Below, piece after piece: positions 50,218-59,714 of a DNA stretch of 64,000 nt (within the stretch, counting starts at the first letter, position 1; each line of letters starts with the position of its first letter). Origin of the DNA: Pseudomonadota bacterium (GTDB lineage: Bacteria; Pseudomonadota; Alphaproteobacteria; Rhizobiales; Rhizobiaceae); contig JAEYRU010000246.1 in NCBI GenBank assembly GCA_023435335.1, positions 1,310-65,309 of the forward strand, in the 5' to 3' direction. The notes beneath the pieces were generated by a model. It did not search any database. It was given only the letters and a program-made list of their open reading frames with translations, and had not been told where the DNA came from. The position numbers and the translations under genes are program-made.

Positions 50218-51361
50218 ACCGCGTCCAGGCGATGTGGCGCACGCCGCCATTCATCTGGACCGGATCGTCCCGCGTGTTCATGTAGTAGACCGCCAGCAGC
50301 GTTCCCGGCTCGGATTCCACCACGCGCGGATATCCCAGGTCCCAGCTTCCGCCGTCGTCGCGCAGGACGAGCTCGCGTCCCCAGGTCGCGCCGCCGTCCT
50401 CGCTGATGCGCGCGCGGATGCCGAAGGGCGGCAGCCGGTAGCCGTAGACGCAGGCGACGCGGCCGTCGGCCATATGCACGAGATCCCCGGGCGAGCCCCA
50501 GTCGTTGACGCGCGACAGGAGGCTCCAGGTGCGGCCACCGTCGTCGCTGGCGAAAACCTCCGTCCAGAAGACGCTGGTCGGATCGCGCTGGCAGCGCACC
50601 GAGCAGAGGATGCGTCCGCCGGGCAGCAGGATCGGCCGCGGATAGAAATACCGATGCGGGCTGAAGCGCAGGGGCAGCGAGCGGTCGGCCCAGCCTGCGC
50701 CATCGTCGAACTCCGGCGTGATGAACGACATGAAAGTCCAGTAAGCGCCGCCTTCCACCGCGGCGTAGACTGCGGGACGCCGCTTCCAGCCGTCCTCCGT
50801 CACCACGGTCATGAAGAGGAGGCTGACCCCATCGGGACGGACGAGGGGCGAGGCGTGACCCGACACCGAAGGCAGCCCGACATTCGGCGCCAGGATCGGG
50901 TGGCGCCAACTCCTGCCACCGTCGGGCGAGACGCGGATCCATGCGCGGCTGTGCGGGCGGAAATAGTCAGGAGTCGAGCCCGACGCGACCAGCACGTCCG
51001 GATCGGCGAAGTCGAGCGGCGGTTCGCCGGAGTAGTCGGGGGGCAGATCCCTGAACACTGCGTCCTGGTCGCTGCCCAGGTCGAACAGCAGCTGGAGGCT
51101 CCGCGGGTCCCAGGTCTGGCCGCGGTCGGCCGATCGCAACGTGAAGATCTTCGGCCCGACCCTGGCTACCTCGTCGTGGTTGATGGCGCCGGCGTCGGTA
51201 TAGTCGGCATCCTTCTTCTGGAAGGCGACGAGATAGTCGCCGTTGGCGGCCGTCCAGAAGCCGCAGATGAACGGCCAGCCGCAAAATGCCTTCTCGTCGC
51301 GATAGGCCACGCCGTGTTCGGCATCGGCGAGGCGAAGGGGAGGGGCGAACGAGTTGGCCAT
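50201..51361 (-). CDS. BNR/Asp-box repeat (sialidase-fold) beta-propeller protein
   Basis: Asp-boxes SADRGQTW, SPDGGRSW, SDDGGRTW and SEDGGATW; DLGYP and AVYY; no FRIP motif and no signal peptide. Confidence 0.82.
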   Translation of the reverse strand: MANSFAPPLRLADAEHGVAYRDEKAFCGWPFICGFWTAANGDYLVAFQKKDADYTDAGAINHDEVARVGPKIFTLRSADRGQTWDPRSLQLLFDLGSDQDAVFRDLPPDYSGEPPLDFADPDVLVASGSTPDYFRPHSRAWIRVSPDGGRSWRHPILAPNVGLPSVSGHASPLVRPDGVSLLFMTVVTEDGWKRRPAVYAAVEGGAYWTFMSFITPEFDDGAGWADRSLPLRFSPHRYFYPRPILLPGGRILCSVRCQRDPTSVFWTEVFASDDGGRTWSLLSRVNDWGSPGDLVHMADGRVACVYGYRLPPFGIRARISEDGGATWGRELVLRDDGGSWDLGYPRVVESEPGTLLAVYYMNTRDDPVQMNGGVRHIAWTRFKPPA

Positions 51362-51465
51362 GGCGTCGATCCAGGATGGTTGGCGGTGCGGGCCGCGAGC
51401 CCAGCCGCTGTCACGCGATGTTCTTAGGACCCCGCTCCGGCCCGCGAACAGGAGGCGCGCGACAT

Positions 51466-51482
51466 ATTTCGACGCGCGAAAC
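51466..51482. promoter_or_regulatory. Candidate IclR-type operator in a divergent promoter
   Basis: ATTTCG-ACGCG-CGAAAC between the Asp-box gene and tctC. Confidence 0.68.
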
Positions 51483-51580
51483 ATTTGAGACGCCCGAATG
51501 CGGGTGGGTGAGGGCATAACTAGTCTCGATCAAGCCGGGATGGCCATTTGTGGATCCGCGGCAAACATCGGGAGGAAACC

Positions 51581-52573
51581 ATGTTTTCGAATACAGCTGT
51601 TCTGTCGCGCCGCAGAGCGATCGCGCTCGGGCTGGCCGCAGGCGTTGCCGCCCTGACGCTCAACGGCGTTGCCCTGGCGCAGGACTGGCCGAGCCGCGCC
51701 GTGACCATGGTGGTGCCATACGGGCCGGGCGCCAGCAACGACACGTTCACACGCGCGCTCGCCGAGATCCTTACGCGCGACCTCGGCCAACCCTTCGTGG
51801 TGGAGAACCGGCCCGGCGCAGGCGGCTTCACCGGCGCAAATTCCGTGGCGAAGGCCGACCCCGACGGGTACACCTTCCTCGAGGTCCCCAACAGCGTGGT
51901 CGGTTTCAAGCCGCTGATGAAGGTGGACCTCGATCCTCTCAAGGACCTGGCGCCGATCGGACTGATGGCGAAATCGCCCACCGCGATGGTGGTGCCGTCG
52001 TCGCTGCAGGTCACGACCGTGCAGGAATTCGTCGAATACGCCAAGGCGAACCCCGACGCCGTGTTCTACGGCTACGCCGGCGTGGGAACGACGCAGCATC
52101 AGCACGGTGAACTGTTCAACCAGCAGGCGGGACTCGCGATCAAGGGCGTCAACTACAAGAGTTCCGCCGACGCACAGACGGATCTCGTGGCTGGCCGCCT
52201 GTCGCTGATGTTCGTCACCGTCGCCAGCGCGCTCGGCCAGATCGAGGGCGGGCAGCTGCGGCTGCTGGCCTACACGGACGACAACTATCCGGACAGTGCG
52301 CCGAAGGCACCCACCATGGCGGAGGCCGGCGTGCCGGGCATGGAGGGAGCGCAGATCTTCTGGGCGCTGTTCGCGCCGGCGGGCCTTCCGGACGACGTCA
52401 AGACGAAGATGAACGCAGCCATGAACAAGGCCCTCGATGACGAGAGCTTCCAGGCGCTGATGGCGAAGTCGGGCGCGACACCCGCTCCGGGAACACCTGA
52501 AGACCTCGTGGAAACGCTCGAGGGCGAGAAGGCGGCGCTCGACGAATTCATTGCAAACGTGAAGATCGAATAG
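51581..52573 (+). CDS. Tripartite tricarboxylate transporter binding protein (TctC/Bug)
   Basis: WPSRAVTMVVPYGPG, VVENRPGAGG, PDGYT and PTMAEAG motifs; RBS GGAGG. Confidence 0.93.
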   Translation: MFSNTAVLSRRRAIALGLAAGVAALTLNGVALAQDWPSRAVTMVVPYGPGASNDTFTRALAEILTRDLGQPFVVENRPGAGGFTGANSVAKADPDGYTFLEVPNSVVGFKPLMKVDLDPLKDLAPIGLMAKSPTAMVVPSSLQVTTVQEFVEYAKANPDAVFYGYAGVGTTQHQHGELFNQQAGLAIKGVNYKSSADAQTDLVAGRLSLMFVTVASALGQIEGGQLRLLAYTDDNYPDSAPKAPTMAEAGVPGMEGAQIFWALFAPAGLPDDVKTKMNAAMNKALDDESFQALMAKSGATPAPGTPEDLVETLEGEKAALDEFIANVKIE

Positions 52574-52600
52574 TCCCAGCCGGAGCTTCCCCAAGGCAGC

Positions 52601-52630
52601 AGGCCGGCGGTTTTCGACCGCCGGCCTTTT
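52601..52630 (+). terminator. Rho-independent terminator between convergent tctC and tctA
   Basis: 11-bp stem AGGCCGGCGGT-TTTCG-ACCGCCGGCCT followed by a T run. Confidence 0.75.
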
Positions 52631-52711
52631 CCGTTGGGCCGCTGCCCGCAGCGAAAAATGTCCTTTTCCGGCGGGCCAAGCAGCGGCTTTGCGGGAAAGC
52701 CGCGCCCTCGC

Positions 52712-54217
52712 TCAATCCTCGTCGACGAATATCTCTTCGCGCTTCCTGGCCACCGACGGCAACATGATGATGGCGAGCACAACCACCGTCACGAAAAGCA
52801 GCCCGCCGCTGATCGGCTCGGTGACGAAGGTGGTCGGGTCGCCGCGTGAGAACACCATCGCCCGCCTCAGGTGCTCCTCAAGCAGGCCGCCGAGCACGAA
52901 GCCCATGAGGAAGGGCGCGGGCTCGCAGCCCACCTTGTGGAACGCGTAACCGAGCAGGCCGAAAGCCAGCAGCACGAGCACGTCGAAGCTCGAATTGCTG
53001 ACGGTGAATACCCCGATGACTGAGAAGGTGACGATCACCGGGACCATGATCCTGTAGGGGATGCGCAGCATCGCCACCCAGACGCCGACGAGCGGCAGGT
53101 TGAGGATGATCAGCATGGCGTTGCCGATCCACATCGAGGCGATCACGCCCCAGAAGAGCTCCGGCTGTTCGGTGACCACGTTGGGGCCGGGCGTGATGCC
53201 CTGGATGAGCAACGCGCCCATCATCAGCGCCATCAGCGGGTGGGAAGGAATGCCGAGGGTCAGCAGGGGGATGAAGGAGGTCTGGGCGCCGGCATTGTTG
53301 GCCGATTCCGGACCGGCCACGCCTTCGATCGCGCCGTGCCCGAAGCGCGACGGGTCCTTCGCCAGGCGTTTCTCCAGCGTGTAGGAGGTGAAGGCGGAAA
53401 GGATCGATCCTCCGCCGGGCAGAGTGCCGAGGAAGGAGCCCAGAACCGAGCCGCGCAGGATCGGCCCGCTGGCCTGGCGCAGTTCCTGCCGCGTCGGCAG
53501 GAGACGGTCGATCCTAGCCATGCCGCTGAAGCCGCTCGACACGTTCTCCAGGTTGCGCAGAACCTCGACGATGCCGAAGATGCCGAGCGCTACGGCCACC
53601 ATCGAAAGCCCGTCGGTCAGTTCGACCAGGCCGAGGGTGAAGCGGAACACGCCGCTGTCGACGTCCGTGCCCACCAGCCCGAACAGGATGCCGGCCACGA
53701 TCATGGCCAGCGCCTTCAGCACCGAACCGTGCGCCAGAGCCGTCGAGGTGACGAGTCCGAGAAGGATGAGCGAGAAATACTGGGCCGACCCGAACTTGAG
53801 GGCGATCACAGCCAGCGGCAGCGCCACGACGGCGATGGCGAAGGTGGCGAAGGTGCCCGCGAAGAAGGAGCCGATGGCGGCGATGGACAGCGCCGGCCCG
53901 GCCTTGCCCTGCCGCGCCATCTGGTAGCCGTCGATCGCCGTGACCGAGGAAGAGACCTCGCCCGGCAGGTTGAGCAGGATCGCGGTTGTCGATCCGCCGT
54001 ATTGCGATCCGTAATAGATGCCGGCCAGCATGATCAGGGAAGCGGTCGGCGACAGGTAGTAGGTCACCGGCAGCAGCATCGCGACGGTCGCCGTGGGGCC
54101 GAGCCCCGGCAGCACGCCGATGAAGGTGCCCAGGACCGCCCCCAGCAGGCAGTAGATCAGGTTTTCCGGCGACAGCGCCGTGCCGAAACCGATGGCGAGG
54201 TGTTGAACGAGGTCCAT
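52712..54217 (-). CDS. TTT large permease (TctA family)
   Basis: GVLPGLGP, YYGSQYGGS, DGYQMA, GPESANNA and LLTLGIP motifs. Confidence 0.93.
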   Translation of the reverse strand: MDLVQHLAIGFGTALSPENLIYCLLGAVLGTFIGVLPGLGPTATVAMLLPVTYYLSPTASLIMLAGIYYGSQYGGSTTAILLNLPGEVSSSVTAIDGYQMARQGKAGPALSIAAIGSFFAGTFATFAIAVVALPLAVIALKFGSAQYFSLILLGLVTSTALAHGSVLKALAMIVAGILFGLVGTDVDSGVFRFTLGLVELTDGLSMVAVALGIFGIVEVLRNLENVSSGFSGMARIDRLLPTRQELRQASGPILRGSVLGSFLGTLPGGGSILSAFTSYTLEKRLAKDPSRFGHGAIEGVAGPESANNAGAQTSFIPLLTLGIPSHPLMALMMGALLIQGITPGPNVVTEQPELFWGVIASMWIGNAMLIILNLPLVGVWVAMLRIPYRIMVPVIVTFSVIGVFTVSNSSFDVLVLLAFGLLGYAFHKVGCEPAPFLMGFVLGGLLEEHLRRAMVFSRGDPTTFVTEPISGGLLFVTVVVLAIIMLPSVARKREEIFVDED

Positions 54218-54227
54218 GCGCGCGCTC

Positions 54228-54686
54228 CTAGCGAAGCCAGAGCCAGTTTCCGATGACGGGGTAGGGCAGGCCGAGAAGATAGATGAAGACCACCACGTTG
54301 AAGGCGGTGAGGATGACGGCAAGGAGTATGCTGCCGCGCCAATTGATGAGGCCGGTGGACATCGACGCCATCCAGACGGAGCCGAGGAGCGCCAGGGCCA
54401 TGCCGAGGCCGCGCACGGTGAGTGCGAAGAACAGGATGGAACCGGCGATGAGCCCGACGCCGCGCCAGGAAACGCGGCCGAAGGCTTCCGTCGACCGGCC
54501 CAGCGCCTGCAGCGCGATGGCTACGCCGAAGCCGACGAGCACGAGCGCCATCACCAGCGGGAAATAGCCTGGCCCCATCGCGAAAGCCTGCCCGATGCGC
54601 AGGTTCAGCATGGAGTCTATTGCGAAAAACAGGCCGATCGCGATGAAAAGCGCGCCGGCTGCGATGTCCCTGGCGTTTGCCTGCAC
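54228..54686 (-). CDS. TTT small permease (TctB family)
   Basis: 4-TM protein with MGPGYFP and F..LLGLPYP; GTG start after GGAGG. Confidence 0.85.
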   Translation of the reverse strand: MQANARDIAAGALFIAIGLFFAIDSMLNLRIGQAFAMGPGYFPLVMALVLVGFGVAIALQALGRSTEAFGRVSWRGVGLIAGSILFFALTVRGLGMALALLGSVWMASMSTGLINWRGSILLAVILTAFNVVVFIYLLGLPYPVIGNWLWLR

Positions 54687-54688
54687 GG

Positions 54689-56191
54689 TCAGCCTCCCTG
54701 GCGCTTCCTGCGTGGACCGAGGTAGAAGACGGCGGCAACCGAGAGCGCCAGGAGAGCGAGGGCGATCGGGTGTTGAAGCAGGGCTTCGGGCCGCGCGTCG
54801 GTGATGAGGATGGACTGCGTCAGGCTGCGCTCGAGCTGAGGCGTCAGCACGAAAGCGACGATGAAGGCGACGACCGAATAGCCGAAGACGCGCATGAAAT
54901 AGCCGAGGACTCCCGCCGCCAGCATCACGTACAGGCCCATCATCCCCTCGCCGGACAGGTAGATGCCGGCCACGCACAGAACGAGCGCCCCCGGATAGAT
55001 GACAGTGGACGGGGCCGACACCACGAAAGCCCACAGCCGCATGCCGACCTGACCGACCCCGAGGTTGACGAAGTTGGCGATGAGCATGGCGCCGAACATC
55101 CCGTAGATGAGCTGCGCCTGGGTCTCGAAAAGCAGGGGGCCGGGCTGGACGCCGTGGATGATGAAGGCGCTCACCAGCAGGGCGGCGGCGATGTTGCCGG
55201 GGATGCCGAGCGTGAGAAGCGGGATGAGGTTGGCGCCCACGACCGCGGAGTTGGCGGCCTCGGACGCCGCGATGCCCCGCGGATCGCCGGTGCCGAACGA
55301 TTCGGGATCGCGCGCGGACTGCTTGGTCACCGAGTAGCTGAGGAAGCCGGCGGTGGCCGAGCCCAGTCCCGGTATGGCGCCGATTACGGTGCCGATGAGG
55401 AAGGCGCGGACGGCGACCACCTTGTGCGCCAGCACCTCCGACAGGCTGACCCTGCGATCCGCGGGGTCCGACGACGGGGGCGGGGCGGCCGCTCCTGCGC
55501 CTTCTCCGCCGACCGCCGACCCGACCTTAAGCAGTATCTCGCTGACCGCCAGCATGCCGACGGTGAGCGCCGCGAGCGGTAGCCCATCGTAGAGGCTGAG
55601 CGAGCCGAAGGTGAAGCGCGGGGTGCCCTGGGCGGGATCGAGGCCTACCGAGGCGAGCAGGAAGCCCAGCGCCGCCGCCAGGAGGCCCTTGATCATCGAG
55701 TTGCCGACCAGTCCGGCGATGATTGTGAAGGCGAGGATCATCAGGGCGGTTATCTCGACCGGTCCCATGCGCAGGGCGACCAGGGCCAGCGGAGCCGAAA
55801 TCGTGATCAGCACGATGTCGCTCGATAGGTCCCCGAAGAAGGAATAGTAGAGCGAATATTTCATCGCCTTGAGCGACTTCCCCTTGCGCGCCATTGGATG
55901 ACCGTCCAGCGCCGTGGCCGCCGATTCCGGCGTGCCCGGGGTATTGATGAGTATGGCAGGGACGGCCCCGCCGACCGTACCGCCCTTGTTGACGCTGATG
56001 AGGAACGAAAGGGCCGTCAGCGTATCGAGGGAAAAGGTAAGGGGGACTGCGATGGCAAGCGCCATGACGATGTTGAGGCCCGGGATGGCGCCCACGATCT
56101 GCCCGACGGTCACGCCAACCACGATGTAGAAGAGGTTCTGCACCGTCAGTGCGTCGAGCAGACCCGCCAGGATCACTGCGATATCCGGCAC
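54689..56191 (-). CDS. TTT large permease (TctA family), second divergent copy
   Basis: GAIPGL, INTPGTP, DGHPMA, SEAANSA, LLTLGIPG and GVQPGP motifs. Confidence 0.92.
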   Translation of the reverse strand: MPDIAVILAGLLDALTVQNLFYIVVGVTVGQIVGAIPGLNIVMALAIAVPLTFSLDTLTALSFLISVNKGGTVGGAVPAILINTPGTPESAATALDGHPMARKGKSLKAMKYSLYYSFFGDLSSDIVLITISAPLALVALRMGPVEITALMILAFTIIAGLVGNSMIKGLLAAALGFLLASVGLDPAQGTPRFTFGSLSLYDGLPLAALTVGMLAVSEILLKVGSAVGGEGAGAAAPPPSSDPADRRVSLSEVLAHKVVAVRAFLIGTVIGAIPGLGSATAGFLSYSVTKQSARDPESFGTGDPRGIAASEAANSAVVGANLIPLLTLGIPGNIAAALLVSAFIIHGVQPGPLLFETQAQLIYGMFGAMLIANFVNLGVGQVGMRLWAFVVSAPSTVIYPGALVLCVAGIYLSGEGMMGLYVMLAAGVLGYFMRVFGYSVVAFIVAFVLTPQLERSLTQSILITDARPEALLQHPIALALLALSVAAVFYLGPRRKRQGG

Positions 56192-56211
56192 CGGCTATCT
56201 CCGCTGATGGA

Positions 56212-56634
56212 TCAAGGAAGAGGCCGCCCGAGAACGAGCTCGAAGAAGCTCCAGACTCCCAATGGCAACACCAGAACCGTCGTCGCAAGCCACACCAGGC
56301 GCCTCTCGCGGCTGAGCAGCGCCATCGCAGCCGAAAGGACGATCATGGCGAATGGGAAGCCTATCGCCGGCATCAGGAGCAGACAGGCGAGCGTGGCCGC
56401 GGCCGCCACCAGCAGTCGCCCGCATTCGCGCAGGGTCGGCATCTCCGGTGCTGCGGCAGGGAACAACATCTGCAGAGCCCCCAACAGGATGAAGAGCCAC
56501 GCGGCCAGCTGCGGAAACAGCGCCGGATTCAGCGTCAGCCCCCCGGTCGAAACCACGTTGCGGGGTATCGCGACGAGGAGGAGGAAGCCGCCGAATGCAA
56601 CGGCGGCCCCCCCGAGGATGCGGTCGGCGGACAT
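56212..56634 (-). CDS. TTT small permease (TctB family)
   Basis: 4-TM protein with PALFP and FELVLGRPLP; lies between tctC and tctA. Confidence 0.82.
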   Translation of the reverse strand: MSADRILGGAAVAFGGFLLLVAIPRNVVSTGGLTLNPALFPQLAAWLFILLGALQMLFPAAAPEMPTLRECGRLLVAAAATLACLLLMPAIGFPFAMIVLSAAMALLSRERRLVWLATTVLVLPLGVWSFFELVLGRPLP

Positions 56635-56653
56635 CTCCCGATCGCCGACGGGC

Positions 56654-57613
56654 TCAGCCCTTCGACAGCTGCGCCTCGTAGAAGGCGGCGTCCTTCTCGA
56701 TGATCTCGCGCAGCTTCTCCGGTCCGACGTTCAACGCGGTGTTGTTGAGGTTCTTCATCAGCTCTCCGTAGGATTCGGAGTTCACCGCAGCGTCCAATGC
56801 CTGCTCGAGGCAGGTGCGTATCTCGGGGGCGAGGCCTTTCGGCGCCATGAACATGGTGTGGGCCTGCAGGTCGATGTCGAGGCCGCTTTCCAGCAGCGTC
56901 TTCGCCTCCGGGGCGTAGTCGCTGCGCTTGTCGATCATCGAGGCCAGCTGCTTCATGTCGCCGGAGAGGATCTGCTGCACGTGCTGGCTGCCTTGCGTGG
57001 TCGCATCGACGTGACCGCCCAGAGCGTTCTTCAGCGCGTCGGCAGCGCCTTGACCGGGGATCGCGATGATGTTGACCCCGAAATGCTGCGCGATCTGCTT
57101 GATGGCGATTTCCTGGTTGATGCCTGCCACGGCAACGGTCGCGCGACCCTTTTGGCGCGCATATTCGACGAAATCCTCAAGTGTGTCGTAGGGCGCGCCC
57201 GTGACCGTCACCAACCCCAGGTGGATCTGCATCGCGGAGGCGAGATAGTCGAAGTCCTCGTGGCTGAAGGACGCGTCCGGCGTGGTGTAGGGCACGATCG
57301 CAATCGTGTCCGTTCCGGCGGCGCCGATCGTGTAGCCGTCCGGCGCGGCCGCCTTCAGGGAAGCCGACATCACGCCGCCGCCGGCGCCGGGACGATTGTC
57401 GACCACGATCGTCCAGCCCTGCTGCTGCTCGACGGCCGCGGCGATGGCGCGGGCGATAGAGTCGGTGCCGCCGCCCGCGCCGAAGCCCACCATCATGGTG
57501 ATCGGCTTCGAAGGAAACCCGGCAGGGCATTCCGCGGCCGACGCGGCCGAGGCGGCGACCAGCAGCGCAACGCCGGCTGCAAGGCGCAGCGAAAGGCGAG
57601 AAAGGTGAGACAT
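56654..57613 (-). CDS. TTT binding protein (TctC/Bug)
   Basis: FPSKPITMMVGFGAGGGTD..AR, NRPGAGG, APDGYT and LGGHVD motifs; ATG 57613 with GGAGG RBS. Confidence 0.92.
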   Translation of the reverse strand: MSHLSRLSLRLAAGVALLVAASAASAAECPAGFPSKPITMMVGFGAGGGTDSIARAIAAAVEQQQGWTIVVDNRPGAGGGVMSASLKAAAPDGYTIGAAGTDTIAIVPYTTPDASFSHEDFDYLASAMQIHLGLVTVTGAPYDTLEDFVEYARQKGRATVAVAGINQEIAIKQIAQHFGVNIIAIPGQGAADALKNALGGHVDATTQGSQHVQQILSGDMKQLASMIDKRSDYAPEAKTLLESGLDIDLQAHTMFMAPKGLAPEIRTCLEQALDAAVNSESYGELMKNLNNTALNVGPEKLREIIEKDAAFYEAQLSKG

Positions 57614-57732
57614 GCGAATTCCTCCCTGATTTTGTCGGGACGGCATTATCGACCGCGACGATTGTGCGGCCCGCCGCCTCCCTCATCAGAGAATAGCAAT
57701 GCCCCTACGACGGTTCGCCGGTGTCTGGAAGT

Positions 57733-57749
57733 ATTTCGCGGCCCGAAAT
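57733..57749. promoter_or_regulatory. Candidate IclR-type operator
   Basis: ATTTCG-CGGCC-CGAAAT (perfect arms) upstream of tctC; half-site GGTTCG 21 bp away at 57712. Confidence 0.7.
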
Positions 57750-57767
57750 TCCACGCCGGGCGGCAGG

Positions 57768-58418
57768 TCAGTCCCAATCGACGTCGAAATGGTCGACAAC
57801 GTCCCTGATCTGCCCGGGGGTCAGCATCCGCGGATTGGCGCCCCGCAGGAGTAGGGCGAGCCTAGCGGTCTCCTCCAGTTCTTCGGTGGCGTACACGGCG
57901 GCCTCGAGATCCTTCGCCGCCACAATCGGCCCATGGTTGGCCAGCAGCACGACGGAGCGGCGGCCGGCGAGGCCGCGCAGGGCATTGCCTGCGGCGGGGT
58001 CGCCGGGGCGGAAATAGGGGAGGAGGGCAACCTTGCCGAGCCGCATGATGGAATAGGCGGTCAACGGTGGGAGAACGTTATCGGGGTCGATCTCAGGCAG
58101 CATGGAGAGCGCTACCGAATGGGTCGAATGCAGGTGCACGACGGCGCCGGCTTTCGCTCCCCTCGTTTCGTAGAAGGCGGCATGCAGGGGCATTTCCTTG
58201 GTCGGCGCGTCGCCCTCGACCAAGGCGCCGCGGGCGTCGAAACGGCTGAGGCGCGCCGGATCGAGTGAGCCGAACGAAGTTCCAGTCGGCGTGACGAGCA
58301 GGCCACCATCGGCGGTGCGTGCGGAAATATTGCCGGAGGCCCCCGGGGTCAGCCCCCGGTTGAAAAGCGAGCCCGCAAGCCGGCAGATTGCCTCACGCAG
58401 GCGCGCATCGCTGCTCAT
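57768..58418 (-). CDS. otnC: 3-oxo-tetronate 4-phosphate decarboxylase (class II aldolase fold)
   Basis: GASGNIS, PTKEMPLH, VVHLHSTH, LLANHG and EELEETA motifs; directly downstream of otnK. Confidence 0.87.
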   Translation of the reverse strand: MSSDARLREAICRLAGSLFNRGLTPGASGNISARTADGGLLVTPTGTSFGSLDPARLSRFDARGALVEGDAPTKEMPLHAAFYETRGAKAGAVVHLHSTHSVALSMLPEIDPDNVLPPLTAYSIMRLGKVALLPYFRPGDPAAGNALRGLAGRRSVVLLANHGPIVAAKDLEAAVYATEELEETARLALLLRGANPRMLTPGQIRDVVDHFDVDWD

Positions 58419-59668
58419 CGTCCCTCCAATACCTCCGCTGCATGGGAAAAGAAGGCGGGGCGGCCGAAGTTACCCGATTTGAGCGCCAGCGAAAGCCGGC
58501 GTCCCCCAACCTTCAGGGCCGGAACGCCGGGGTCGATCTCGGGGCCTATCTCCAGCGCGTCGACATCGAGCGCTTCCACGATGGCGCCGGAGGTCTCGCC
58601 GCCGGCGCAGACAAGGCGGGTGAAGCCGCGTTCGACGAGCAGCCTGGCCGTCTGCGCGAGGAAGCGCTCGATCGCCGAAGCGACGGCTTCCTTGCCGTAT
58701 CGTTCCTGGGCGGCGGCGACGCTTGCGGGATCGGTGGAGGAAAAGATGAGCGGGATGTCGTCGCGGTGAGCGCCGGCCCATGCGGCCGCCCGGTCCGGTT
58801 GCAGCGTCTCGGACATGATCATCTCGGCGGTGATCTCGAGCGCGGGGTGCGAATTGCGGTGCTCGGCGACCTGCGATCGCGTCGCTGTCGAGCAAGAACC
58901 GGATATGGCGGCGCACGGTCCGTCCTGCCCGGTCCAGGCGGCGGCATTCCGGGCGATCAGGCCGCGCTCGCGGAAATTCGCCGGAAGGCCCAGCGCGATG
59001 CCGGATCCCCCGGTAATAAGGGGGAGCCCCGCGGCGGCGGCGCCGATCTCGACGAGGTCGCTGTCGCGGATCGTATCCACCACGATCAGCCGGGCGCCCG
59101 CTTCGTGCTGCGCGTCAAGCGCGGCGCGGATCGCCGCGCGGCCTTCGAGGACAGCCGCTGCGGGTACATAGCCGACGGTGGACCGGCTCTGGCGGGCAAG
59201 CCAGCGGCGCAGATCCGGGTCGGTCATCGGGGTGAGCGGGTGGCGCTCCATCCCGCTTTCGCTGAGCAGCCTGTCGCCGACGAAGAGATGCCCGGCATAG
59301 ACCGAGCGGCCGAGCGAGGGATAGGCGGGACAGACGATGACGCGCGATGCGCCGAGCGCATCGGCGAGCGCATCTGCGACCGGACCGATATTGCCCTCGG
59401 GCGTGGAATCGAAGGTGGAGCAGTACTTGAAGAGGAATTGCCGGCAACCCTGCGCCCGCAGCCAGTCGAGCGCCGCAAGCGAGCGCTCGATGGCTTCCGC
59501 GACCGGCACAGTGCGAGTCTTCAGCGCGACGATGCCCGCCTCGACGGCGGGGTCGGCCGACCCCGCTGGGACGCGGCAGTACTGAACCGTCCGCATGCCT
59601 GCCCTGGTCAGGGTGTTGGCGAGGTCGGACGACCCGGTGAAGTCGTCGCCGATGCAACCTAGAAAAAT
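58415..59668 (-). CDS. otnK: 3-oxo-tetronate kinase (four-carbon acid sugar kinase, DUF1537 family); apparent ATT start
   Basis: FLGCIGDDFTGSSDLANTL N-terminus in frame upstream of the ORF-track start at 59596; FKYCSTFDSTPEGNIGP, HPLTPMTD, AGGETSG and KSGNFG motifs. Confidence 0.88.
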   Translation of the reverse strand: MFLGCIGDDFTGSSDLANTLTRAGMRTVQYCRVPAGSADPAVEAGIVALKTRTVPVAEAIERSLAALDWLRAQGCRQFLFKYCSTFDSTPEGNIGPVADALADALGASRVIVCPAYPSLGRSVYAGHLFVGDRLLSESGMERHPLTPMTDPDLRRWLARQSRSTVGYVPAAAVLEGRAAIRAALDAQHEAGARLIVVDTIRDSDLVEIGAAAAGLPLITGGSGIALGLPANFRERGLIARNAAAWTGQDGPCAAISGSCSTATRSQVAEHRNSHPALEITAEMIMSETLQPDRAAAWAGAHRDDIPLIFSSTDPASVAAAQERYGKEAVASAIERFLAQTARLLVERGFTRLVCAGGETSGAIVEALDVDALEIGPEIDPGVPALKVGGRRLSLALKSGNFGRPAFFSHAAEVLEGR

Positions 59669-59714
59669 GTCAGTTCTCCAGATCCCTTGCCCTAGCGGCC
59701 TGTCAGCCCGTCGT

